Assembly: GCA_963725865.1 (NCBI GenBank)
Contig: CAVSAC010000001.1
Coordinates: forward strand, 1 to 25,986
Direction: 5' to 3'
DNA length: 25,986 nucleotides
Origin: Candidatus Eiseniibacteriota bacterium
GTDB lineage: Bacteria; Eisenbacteria; RBG-16-71-46
Shown: positions 8,049 through 18,261 of the stretch, piece after piece
How the letters are laid out: each line of letters starts with the position of its first letter
Position numbering within the stretch: position 1 is the stretch's first letter
Position numbers and translations under genes: made by a program
The notes under the pieces: model-generated
Told to the model about the DNA's origin: nothing
Seen by the model: only the letters and a program-made list of their open reading frames with translations
Databases searched by the model: none

Positions 8049-9112
8049 GCCGCACCCGCGCCGCCGCGCTCGCGCTCACCCTCACACTCGTCGCCGCGGC
8101 GGCCCGCGCCCAGGTGCCGCGGGTGGCGGGCTACCTGCCGCTCGATGCCGAGCGCCGCGCCGGCTGGGGCTGGAGCGGCGCGTGGATGTACCCGGTCGGT
8201 GACGCGTTCGACTACACCCGTGCCGCGCCCCCCGACGGGCGCGGCTTCACGCTGCTGCGGGGCGTGCAGCGCGAAGGCCGCGGGCACGATGGGGCGGACC
8301 TCGGCGACGGCAGGGCCGGCGACCCCGTCCGCGCCGCCGCGAACGGCGTGGTGGTGCGCATCGAGCGCGGCGGCGCGGCCAGCGGCTACGGCCACCACGT
8401 GGTCCTCGCCCACCGGCTCGCCGAGGGCGGCATCGCGTACACGGTGTACGCCCACCTCGGCCGCGGCGGCCCCGCGCTGTGCGAGGGAGAAGCGATCGGA
8501 GTGGGCCAGCCGCTCGGGGTGGTGGGACGCAGCGGGCGCGCCAGCACCGATCACCTCCACTTCGAGGTGCGCCGGCCGGCCGACGTAGGTGAGCGCTGGG
8601 AGAAGGCGGCGGTGGTGGATCCGCTCGCGTTCGTGGCGGCGCGGCTGCCGGTCGAGCCCAGCTCGCCCGCCGCCGCCGTGGTGCTATGGGGCGCGGGCGG
8701 CGACCTGATGGCGCGCGACGACGATCCGCGCGCGCCGCTGGCGCAGGCGGCCTGGTGGCGCATGCTGTGGCGCAGCGCGCGCCACGACGGCGACGTGCTG
8801 CCGGACGGCCCCGGCTCGCTCGGCCGCGCGCTGGCCGAGGCGAGCCTCCTCGCGCCCGCCGACGCGCGCCCGCGCGCCGGCGCGGTGACCTGGGACGAGC
8901 TCGCGCGCGACCTCGACCGCCTGCGCGACCGGGGCCTGCGCCTGCCCCCCGCATCCGCCCCCTCCGAGGCGCTGCGCGCCTGGTGCCAGCAGGAGCTCGG
9001 CGCCGCGCACCCGGCGCGCCATCCCGGCCGGCTCGGCCATGGCCGTGGCGGCGGCCCGACGCTCGAGCAGGCGTTGCTGGCGCTGGCCGACCTCGCCCGC
9101 GCGGCGCGCTGA
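8045..9112 (+). CDS. M23-family (LytM/lysostaphin-type) metallopeptidase with signal peptide
   Basis: HDGADL (HxxxD), GDPVRAAANGVV, SGYGHHVVLAH, YTVYAHL, GRSGRASTDHLHFEVR (HxH). Signal peptide (L)SRTRAAALALTLTLVAAAARA|Q begins at CTG 8045, overlapping the M6 stop. Start uncertain. Confidence 0.85.
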   Translation: MSRTRAAALALTLTLVAAAARAQVPRVAGYLPLDAERRAGWGWSGAWMYPVGDAFDYTRAAPPDGRGFTLLRGVQREGRGHDGADLGDGRAGDPVRAAANGVVVRIERGGAASGYGHHVVLAHRLAEGGIAYTVYAHLGRGGPALCEGEAIGVGQPLGVVGRSGRASTDHLHFEVRRPADVGERWEKAAVVDPLAFVAARLPVEPSSPAAAVVLWGAGGDLMARDDDPRAPLAQAAWWRMLWRSARHDGDVLPDGPGSLGRALAEASLLAPADARPRAGAVTWDELARDLDRLRDRGLRLPPASAPSEALRAWCQQELGAAHPARHPGRLGHGRGGGPTLEQALLALADLARAAR

Positions 9113-9133
9113 GGCGCGGGCCGAAGCTCGGGC

Positions 9134-9162
9134 TTGACGCTGCCGGGCGCGCATGGCACCGT
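9134..9162 (+). promoter_or_regulatory. Candidate sigma70 promoter for the T-box/ileS transcript
   Basis: TTGACG (9134-9139), 17 nt, CACCGT (9157-9162) with an extended -10 TG, about 20 nt upstream of T-box stem I. The -10 match is weak. Confidence 0.35.
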
Positions 9163-9180
9163 GCCGGCTTCGATCCATCA

Positions 9181-9447
9181 AGGCTGTGACGGGGACGAGT
9201 AGGCGCGCGGAGCGCAGCAGCGAGCCGGGGACGGTGCGAGCCCGGCGCCGACCCACGCGTCGAAGATCACCCCCGAGCCGCCGACCGAACCGGCGCGACG
9301 CGCCGCAGTAGGCTCGGACGGGAGGCCCTCCGAGAACGGGCGCGAGCGGGCGGACGCCCGCTCCACGAGGCGCACGCCGCGAGGCGCGCACGCAACCGGG
9401 TGGTACCGCGACTTGCTCGCCCCGGCGCCGATGCGCCGGGGCGTTTT
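9181..9447 (+). ncRNA. T-box riboswitch leader (Ile-specific, transcriptional attenuation type)
   Basis: Stem I base GGCT-GTGA-CGGGG...CCCCG-AGCC with AGTA and distal AGCGAG/GGTGCGAG motifs. Specifier loop GAAG-ATC-A (ATC 9266-9268, Ile codon). Stem II with GAA/AGTA S-turn. T-box AACCGGG-TGGTACC-GCG (9394-9410). The antiterminator and terminator are mutually exclusive. Located directly upstream of ileS. Confidence 0.92.
9418..9447 (+). terminator. T-box attenuator terminator
   Basis: 11-bp perfect stem CGCCCCGGCGC-CGAT-GCGCCGGGGCG followed by TTTT. Its 5' arm also forms the antiterminator 3' strand (TCGC/CCCGG). Confidence 0.85.
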
Positions 9448-9482
9448 CCGTCTCCCCCGCGGGAAGGACGTGGAGCACGAGC

Positions 9483-12344
9483 ATGGCTGGATACCGCGAC
9501 ACGCTGAACCTGCCCAGCACCGAGTTCCCGATGAAGGCCGACCTGGTCCGCCGCGAGCCCGAGCGACTGACGTGGTGGAAGGCGCGCGACCTCTACGGCG
9601 AGCTGCGCCGGCGCCGCGCCGGGGCACCGGTCCACCTGCTCCACGACGGCCCGCCGTACTCGAACGGCCACCTCCACATGGGCACCGCCGCGAACAAGAT
9701 CTGGAAGGACGCCGCGGTGCGCCAGGCCAGCCTGATGGGCTTCGACTCGCCCTACGTACCGGGCTGGGACAATCACGGGATGCCGATCGAGGTCCAGGTC
9801 AGCAAGGAGTTCCGCCAGAAGGGCCGCCAGCCCGACGTGCTCGAGCTGCGCCGCCGCTGTCGCGAGTACGCGCAGGAGTGGGTCGGCATCCAGCGCGCCG
9901 AGTTCGAGCGCCTGGGCGTGTGGGGCACCTGGGACGACCCCTACCTGACCATGGCGCACGGCTTCGAGGCCGAGATCCTGCGCACCTTCGCGGCCCTCGC
10001 GGAGCGCGGCTTCGTGCAGCGCGGGCTGCGCTCGATCCACTGGTGCCCGACCGATCGCACCGCGCTCGCGGTGGCCGAGATCGAATACCAGGACGACCCG
10101 TCGCCCTCGATCCACGTCGCCTTCCCGCTGCCGGCCGGCGCCGGCGGACCGCTGGCGCGCTTCGCGCCGCTCGCCGCGGTGGCGTGGACCACCACGCCGT
10201 GGACGCTGCCCGCCAACCTCGGGCTGATGGTGGACCCGGTGCAGACCTACGTCGTGGTCGAGGCCGCCGGCCGGCGTCACGTGGTGGCCGAGCCGCGCGT
10301 GGCGGCGGTGGCCGCCGCCGCCGGCTGGGTCGAGCCCGCCATCCTCGCGCGCTTCCCGGGCGCCGACCTGGTGGGAGTGGAGTTCGAGGGCCCGTGGGGC
10401 CGGCCGTCGCGGGTGGTGGACGGCTCGCCCTACGTGAGCATGGAGGACGGCACCGGCCTGGTGCACACCGCGCCCGGCCACGGCCAGGAGGACTTCGTCG
10501 TCGGCCTGCGCGCGAAACTCCTGACTGCGAGCCTCGACTGGAAGGACGCCGCCGCCGCCGTCACCGGGCTGGCGCGCATCTGCCCGGTCGACGAGGCCGG
10601 GCGCTTCCTCGCCGGCGCCGAGCCGTTCGTCGGGCGCAGCGTGCTCGACGTCAACGACGACATCATCGCGTGGCTGCGTGAGAAGGGCCTGCTGCTGGCC
10701 GCGGGCACGTTCACCCACTCCTACCCGCACTGCTGGCGCTGCAAGAACCCGGTGATCTTCCGCGCCACCGAGCAGTGGTTCATGATGATCGATCACCAGG
10801 GCCATCGCGACCGCGCGCTGGCCGCGATCGAGCGCGAGGTGCGCTGGGATCCCGAATCGAGCCGGAACCGCATCCGCGAGTCGGTGCGCGGCCGTCCCGA
10901 CTGGTGCCTGTCGCGCCAGCGCGCGTGGGGCGTGGGCATCCCGGCGGTGTATTGCAGCAAGGGTCACGCCCTCCTCGACGCGAAGGTGATCGAGAACGTC
11001 GCCCGACTGACCCAACAACACGGCTCCGACGTGTGGTACGAGCGTCCGGTGCGGGACTTCCTGTACGACGGCTTCCAGTGTCCGCAGTGCGGCGATGCGG
11101 AGCCGGGCCACTTCCGCAAGGAGACCGACATCCTCGACGTGTGGTTCGACTCGGGCTCCACCCACCGCGCGGTGCAGGTCACCCACCCGGCGCTGCGCCC
11201 GCTGTGGGAGCGCGCGCTCGCCGACGCGGCGGCCGGTCGCCCCGGCCGCGTCCTGTACTTCGAGGGCCCCGACCAGCACCGCGGGTGGTTCAACTCCTCG
11301 CTCATGGTGGGCGTGGGCGTGACCGACCACGCGCCCTACACCGACGTGGCCACCCACGGCTGGGTGCTCGACGCGCAGGGCCGCGCCATGCACAAGTCGC
11401 TCGGCAACGTGATCGCGCCCGAGGAGATCGTGAAGCGCCACGGCGCCGAGATCGTGCGCTGGTGGGCGCTGGCCACCGACTGGCGCAACGACGTGCGCGT
11501 TGGCGACGAGATCCTGCAGCGCGTCTCCGAGGCCTACCGCAAGGTGCGGAACACGTTCCGCTTCCTGCTCGGCAACCTCAGCGACTTCGGCCCCGCCGAC
11601 GTGCTGCCCGACGAGCGCCTGACCGCGGTCGACCGCGCGTTCGTGCGCCATCTGCGCGCCCGCATCGAGCGCATGCGCGAGGCGTGGAGCGCGCTCCAGT
11701 TCCATCGCGCGCTCGACGCGCTGCTCGACCTGTGCACCGTGGACCTGTCCTCGGTGTTCCTGGACTTCTCCAAAGATCGGCTCTACACCCTCGCCCCCAC
11801 CGACCCGGCGCGGCGCTCCGCGCAGACGGTGCTGTGGGAGGCGCTGCGCGGACTGGCCATCGCCGCCTCGCCCGCGCTGGTGTTCACCGCCGAGGAGGTG
11901 TGGCAGCACCATCCGGGGCTGCTCGCCGAGCGGGCGAGCGTGCACCTGGCGGACTGGCCCGAGGTGCCCGAGGCGGCGCGCGGCGAGGAGGAATGGGCGC
12001 TGCTCCAGGAGTTGCGCGACGCGGTCAACGCCGCGGTCGAGCCGCTGCGCGCCGGCAAGGTGATGAACGAGACCAAGGAGGCCGAGGTCGTGGTCACCGC
12101 CCCGGCGGCCACCCTCGCGCGCCTGCGTCCCTACGCGGATGGCCTCCCCGACCTGCTCCTCGTCGCCGCGGTCTCGCTCGCCGAGGGCTCCGCCGGTGAC
12201 GCGACCTACGCCGTGACCGTGACGCGCACGGCGTACGGCAGGTGCGACCGCTGCTGGAGTCACCGCGCCGACGTCGGCGCCGCGGGCGTGTGCGGCCGCT
12301 GCGCCGGCGTGCTGGCGGCGACCGGGAAGACGCCGACCGCCTAG
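9483..12344 (+). CDS. ileS: Isoleucine--tRNA ligase (type 1, C-terminal zinc finger)
   Basis: DTLNLPSTEFPMKA; LHDGPPYSNGHLHMGT (HIGH-like); PGWDNHGMPIE; WTTTPWTLPAN; GTGLVHTAPGHG; HSYPHCWR; DWCLSRQR; EGPDQHRGWF; AMHKSLGN (KMSKS-like); CDRCW...CGRC. Intact 953-aa ORF. Confidence 0.98.
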   Translation: MAGYRDTLNLPSTEFPMKADLVRREPERLTWWKARDLYGELRRRRAGAPVHLLHDGPPYSNGHLHMGTAANKIWKDAAVRQASLMGFDSPYVPGWDNHGMPIEVQVSKEFRQKGRQPDVLELRRRCREYAQEWVGIQRAEFERLGVWGTWDDPYLTMAHGFEAEILRTFAALAERGFVQRGLRSIHWCPTDRTALAVAEIEYQDDPSPSIHVAFPLPAGAGGPLARFAPLAAVAWTTTPWTLPANLGLMVDPVQTYVVVEAAGRRHVVAEPRVAAVAAAAGWVEPAILARFPGADLVGVEFEGPWGRPSRVVDGSPYVSMEDGTGLVHTAPGHGQEDFVVGLRAKLLTASLDWKDAAAAVTGLARICPVDEAGRFLAGAEPFVGRSVLDVNDDIIAWLREKGLLLAAGTFTHSYPHCWRCKNPVIFRATEQWFMMIDHQGHRDRALAAIEREVRWDPESSRNRIRESVRGRPDWCLSRQRAWGVGIPAVYCSKGHALLDAKVIENVARLTQQHGSDVWYERPVRDFLYDGFQCPQCGDAEPGHFRKETDILDVWFDSGSTHRAVQVTHPALRPLWERALADAAAGRPGRVLYFEGPDQHRGWFNSSLMVGVGVTDHAPYTDVATHGWVLDAQGRAMHKSLGNVIAPEEIVKRHGAEIVRWWALATDWRNDVRVGDEILQRVSEAYRKVRNTFRFLLGNLSDFGPADVLPDERLTAVDRAFVRHLRARIERMREAWSALQFHRALDALLDLCTVDLSSVFLDFSKDRLYTLAPTDPARRSAQTVLWEALRGLAIAASPALVFTAEEVWQHHPGLLAERASVHLADWPEVPEAARGEEEWALLQELRDAVNAAVEPLRAGKVMNETKEAEVVVTAPAATLARLRPYADGLPDLLLVAAVSLAEGSAGDATYAVTVTRTAYGRCDRCWSHRADVGAAGVCGRCAGVLAATGKTPTA

Positions 12345-13002
12345 GCGCCGCCCGGCAGGTCCAGCTCCGCCTGGCGCGGGTAGCGGTTCTTGAGATCGAG
12401 CACGAGCTGGCGGAACGCCGGGGTGTCGCCCTGGAGCGGCACCGAGTCGGTGTCGATCTCGAGCACCTCCAGATCGGCGCGCGCGCGCTCCATCCAGCCG
12501 TCGTACGCCCGGTTGAGGCGCGCGATGTAGTCGATGCCGATGCCCTGCTCGCTCGGCCGCCCGCGGCGCGCGATGCGCCGCATCAGCGTCTCGGGGCTGG
12601 CGCGCAGGTAGAGGATCATGTCGGGCGTGCGCAGGTAGCCCATCAGCACGCCGAACAGCGCGCGTGTAGTTCTGCGTAGTCCACGCGGTCATCGAGCCCT
12701 GCTCGTGCAGGGTCGGCGCGAAGATCTCGGCGTCCTCGTAGATGGTGCGGTCCTGGATGAAGGGCACCGGGCTCCGCCGTCGATCTCGACTCTGGGCCTT
12801 GAAGCGCTTGCTCAGGAAGTAGATCTGGAGATGGAAGCTCCAGCGCGCCATGTCGGCGTAGAAATCGTCGAGGTACGGGTTCTGGATCACCGGCTCGAAG
12901 AAGGCCTCCCAGCCGAGCGTCCGTCCGCTCAGGCGGGTCGGTGAGCTCGGTCTTGCCCACGCCGATGTTGCCGGCGATCGCGAGGAAGTAACCCTGACTC
13001 AA
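12341..13002 (-). CDS. Deoxynucleoside kinase (dCK/dGK family), several frameshifts
   Basis: TTG start at 13002 with a GAGGG SD. Fragments across frames: YFLAIAGNIGVGKTELT (P-loop); NPYLDDFYADMARWSFHLQIYFLSKRF; FIQDRTIYEDAEIFA; PDMILYLRASPETLMRRIARRGRPSE; YIARLNRAYDGW. Stop overlaps the ileS stop. Confidence 0.9.
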
Positions 13003-13142
13003 GCGAGATCCCTCTCTGTCGGTCGTCGAGCGGTCGGAGTCCGGAGGGGTGCGGAGGCACGCGGGACGGCAACGTCCGCGCCGCACCCTATCATCATCGC
13101 CGTCGCGCGCACGAGCGGGAAAACGGGCGCGCGCGGGCCGGC

Positions 13143-14557
<1,415 letters not shown>

Positions 14558-14559
14558 GC

Positions 14560-16741
14560 TCAGCTCGCTTCGGGCGCCGGGACCGCGAGCTCGGCCGCCG
14601 GCAACGACACGCTGAACGTGGTGCCCTCGCCGACCCGGCTGGTCACCTGGATGGTGCCGCCGTGGGCCTCGACGATGCTCTTGCACTGGGTCAGCCCGAC
14701 GCCGAGGCCGGCGGGCTTGGTGGTGCCGAACGGCCGGAACAGCGTGGTGCGGATGAACTCCTCCGACATGCCGCGGCCGGTGTCGCTGACCTCGAGCATC
14801 AGTCGCGGCGAGCCGGTCTCCGCGCCCGTCACGCCGCAGGCCACCTTGATGTCGCCGGGGCCGTGGATGGCCTCGCGCGCGTTGGTGAGCAGGTTCACCA
14901 GCAGCCGCAGCACCAGCCGCCGGTCGAGCGTGACCGCGTTGGCGCCGCGGCAATCGACGCTCACGCGCACCTCGCCCGGGGCGCCGTCGCCGAGCCCGGC
15001 GCTGGTGAGCGCCTCGTCCATGAGCGCGCGCAGCTCGAGCGGCTCGGGGCGCACGTCGGGCGGGCGGCCGAGCGCGGAGACCTGCGCCATCAGGTCGCGC
15101 AGGCTCGTCACCGTGCGCTCGACCACGCCGAGCGCGTCGCGCTGGAACTCGGGGTTGCCGAGGTGCCGGCGCGCGTTCTCGACCACCAGCGAGAGCCCCG
15201 AGACCTGGTTCTTGATGTCGTGGAGCACGAACGAGGCGAGTCGATTCAGCGACTCGAGCTGCCGGGTCTCGGCCAGGGTCTCGGCCTGGCGCGCGAACCA
15301 CAGCGACGCGGCGAGCTGGCGCGCCATCGAGCCGAGGAACTCGGCGTCCTCCTGGGTGTAGTCCTCGTCGGTACGCTTGTGCGACACCCACAGCAGGCCC
15401 ACCAGCTGCTCGCCCACGGTCAGCGGCGCCACCGCCGCGGCGTCGAGCGCCTCGATCGAGTCGCGATGCCCCACCATCAGCCCGACCAGGTCGAGGTCCT
15501 GGGCCAGGTCGCCGAACAGCAGCGGCTCGCGGTGGACGCCGAGGTGCCGCACCAGGGGATCGTCCGCGGGCACCACCAGCGCCACGCCCGCGGGGCCGTG
15601 CAGACGCGCAGTGGCGCCGCCGCCAGGTCGCGGGTGCGGTCGTCGCGCACGTGGATGGCCACGCGCTCGGCCTCGAACACCGAGCACACCAGCGACTCGA
15701 TCTGGCGGCAGACGTCCTCGGGACGCGCGGTGGGCGTGATCGCCCCGCTCACCCGCTCCCACTCGCGCCGGTAGTCGTAGCGGTTCGCGTAGAAGTTCCG
15801 GTCCATGAACCGCTTGATCACGCGGTCGCGCGCGGACTCGCCAGCAGCACCAGCCCGCCGCCCCCGACGAACGCGTAGAACGCCAGCGTGACGCCGAGCT
15901 TCCACTCCGAGCGACAGCACCGGCAGGAGCCGGCTCAGCACGGCCATGCGTCAGCAGGAACGTGCCCGGCCAGCGTGAGCGAGACCGACGAGTAGTAGAT
16001 GACCGGCCGCGCCACCGGGACGCTGAGGTCGGACAGCCGCCGCCGCGCGAGCGCCATCGCCGCGGCCGACGCCGGCGCACGAAGATCACGGGGCGCGCTG
16101 CTCACCATCCAGCGCACGCGCAGCCCGCCGTACAGCAGGCCGCCCGAGACCACCAGCAGCTGGGCCAGGATCGCGACGAGGATCGCGATGAACAGCGGCC
16201 GCAGGCGCCGCTGCGCGGTCGCGGGCGCGGTGCGCAGCATGCTCTCGAGGTTCATGAGCACGGCCACCATCGCGACCACCAGGTACATGAGGTAGATCTT
16301 GCCCAGGTGGCCGAGCACGATCGACCGCGTCGCCGGCCGCGTCCCTGCACCGACTCGCACCACGAACGGCGTGCCCGCGGCGAACGCGAGCACGATGCAG
16401 CCCACCAGCGACAGCGCCAGGTAGGCGCCGGCGTTGCGGATGTGCTGCCACGGGTCGGTGCGGGCCGAGCACGACGCTGAGCGTCAGCCACAGCCACGAC
16501 GCCAGCGCCGAGGTGCGCGCCAGGTACGATGGCCCACGGCCGCGCCGCGCTCTCGCTGGCCGCGTGCAGCGATGCCGAGCGTGCCGGCCTCGAACGCCGC
16601 CATGCGCAGGAACGCGGACGAGAACAGCAGCGTGGTGAGCCAGTGCCCGCGGCGCAGCAGCGCGAGCAGGCCGATCACCGCCGCGAGCAGCGCGCTCGCG
16701 GTGACGGTGGCGGCCTGGATCGGCGAATCCAACAGGTTCAT
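14560..16741 (-). CDS. prsK: PrsK-like membrane sensor histidine kinase (multi-TM, GAF, HisKA/HATPase), several frameshifts
   Basis: N-terminal TM helices in ORFs 16484..16741 and 15935..16405. FYANRYDYRREW matches the PrsK-type YDYRxEW motif. GAF region, H-box LASFVLHDIKN, NLLTNAREA, DTGRGMS, LFRPFGTTKPAGLGVGL. ATG overlaps the upstream stop (ATGA). Confidence 0.88.
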
Positions 16742-18261
16742 GGATGACCTCGTCCGCTGCCCTGCGCCAGACGCTCGAGCTCCGCGCGCGCGGCCCGGCG
16801 TGCGGCCGGCACCACGCTGCGCTCCGCGATGTCACGATACAAGGATTCCGCCGCGGCGCGCCCGTCGGGCCGCGCCTGCGCACGCCGCGCCGCCGCCAGG
16901 CCCGCCTGGGCGGCTCCGGGGCGACCCGGAGCCGAGCGCCACACCTCGGCGAGCGCGCGCTCCGCTCCCGCGTCGCCGAGACGCTCGAGGATCTCGGCGC
17001 GGGTCCGCCGCGCGCCGAAGGATACATCGGGGTCGTGCTGCGTGGCGATGATGTGATCGAGGTTCTGGATCGAGCGCGCGGCTTCGATCCGCGCCAGCGC
17101 GGTCTCGCCGCGCTCGAGATGGTGGGTGACGATGCGCACCAGCGCCTCCAGCGCCAGCGGATGGGTGGGCTGCGAGGAGGACAGCGCCCGGTACTCGCTG
17201 CGGGCCTGCTCCCAGCTCCCGAGCGCCTCGAACGCCGCCGCGCGCCGCGAGCGGGCCTCGGCCGCCAGGTCGGGGCTGTCGCTGTAGTCGGCGAGCACGT
17301 CCCCCCACGCCGCCAGCGCGGAATCGGCGTCGCCGCGGGCCTCCCACGCCAGCGCGCTCAGGCGCAGCCCGTCGGCGCGCACCGCCCCTGCGAAGTCGTC
17401 GCGCGCCCAGCGCGCGTAGGCGAGCGCGGTGTCGGGAAGCCGCAGGTCGAGCGCGCGCTGGGCCAGCAGCAGTACGGTGCGCGGCGCCCGGCCGCGCGCC
17501 TCGGGCGTCACCAGTACGCGGCGCAGCGCGCCCAGCGCCCCGGCGGCGTCGCCGAGCGAGGCGCGCGCCTCGCCCAGGCTGGTCCACACGTCCGCCGCGG
17601 CGAGCGGATCGCGGGTCCCGGCGAGGGCGCGCTGGTAGCGCCGCGTGGCGAGCTCGAGCAGCGAGTCGGCGGCGCGCTCCTCGCCCTGCTCGGCGAGCCC
17701 GCGCGCGGCGAACAGCGGCGCGTCGAGCACCTCGGGCCGGGTCGCTCCCCCGAGCTCGAACGGGTCGAACGACGCCACGCGGCTCCACGCCGCAGCCGCC
17801 TCGAGCTCGCGCCCCAGCCCCGACAGCAGTCGCGCCCGCGCCACCCATGCCTCGAGCGCCACCGGGTCGAGCGCCGCCCAGTCGCGCGCCGCGGCGTCGT
17901 ACACCGCGAGCGCGGAGTCGGGTGCCCCGCGCAGCTCGTCGAGCGCGCCGGCGGCGACCGCTGCGCCGCCCACCGTCACCGCGACGTCGCGCGCCGCGCC
18001 GCCGCGCGCCGCGCGCGGCACCCACTCCGCCGCCGGCCAGCGCGTGGCGAGCGCGAGGTAGGCCCGCCGGGCGCGCGACCACTGCGCCGCGCTCGCCAGC
18101 GCGGGCTCGAGGCGGATGCGCGACACCAGCCGCTGCGCCCGCCACGCGGCGCGCTCGGCCTGCCAGCGCTGCCACAGGTCGGCGTCGCCGCACCCCGCGA
18201 GCAGCATCAGGGACGCGAGCGCCAGGCCGAGGCGCGCGAGGTTCCCGCGCGACGCCCTCAT
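16738..18261 (-). CDS. TPR-repeat putative lipoprotein (position of PrsT-like component)
   Basis: ATG 18261 overlaps the upstream stop. MRASRGNLARLGLALASLMLLAG|C is a lipobox. Repeated TPR-like helices (LGEARASLGDAAGALGALRRVL; AWEARGDADSALAAWGDVLADYSDS; AFEALGSWEQARSEYRAL). Intact frame. Confidence 0.8.
   Translation of the reverse strand: MRASRGNLARLGLALASLMLLAGCGDADLWQRWQAERAAWRAQRLVSRIRLEPALASAAQWSRARRAYLALATRWPAAEWVPRAARGGAARDVAVTVGGAAVAAGALDELRGAPDSALAVYDAAARDWAALDPVALEAWVARARLLSGLGRELEAAAAWSRVASFDPFELGGATRPEVLDAPLFAARGLAEQGEERAADSLLELATRRYQRALAGTRDPLAAADVWTSLGEARASLGDAAGALGALRRVLVTPEARGRAPRTVLLLAQRALDLRLPDTALAYARWARDDFAGAVRADGLRLSALAWEARGDADSALAAWGDVLADYSDSPDLAAEARSRRAAAFEALGSWEQARSEYRALSSSQPTHPLALEALVRIVTHHLERGETALARIEAARSIQNLDHIIATQHDPDVSFGARRTRAEILERLGDAGAERALAEVWRSAPGRPGAAQAGLAAARRAQARPDGRAAAESLYRDIAERSVVPAARRAARAELERLAQGSGRGHP

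Noticed and set aside
9154..9170. Sigma54-like TGGCAC...GC (GG-N10-GC) upstream of the T-box, tempting as a PrsR target
   Set aside because: The -12 element is poor (CGGCT rather than TTGCW), no upstream activator box is evident, and a sigma70-like promoter overlaps it. Probably chance in GC-rich DNA.
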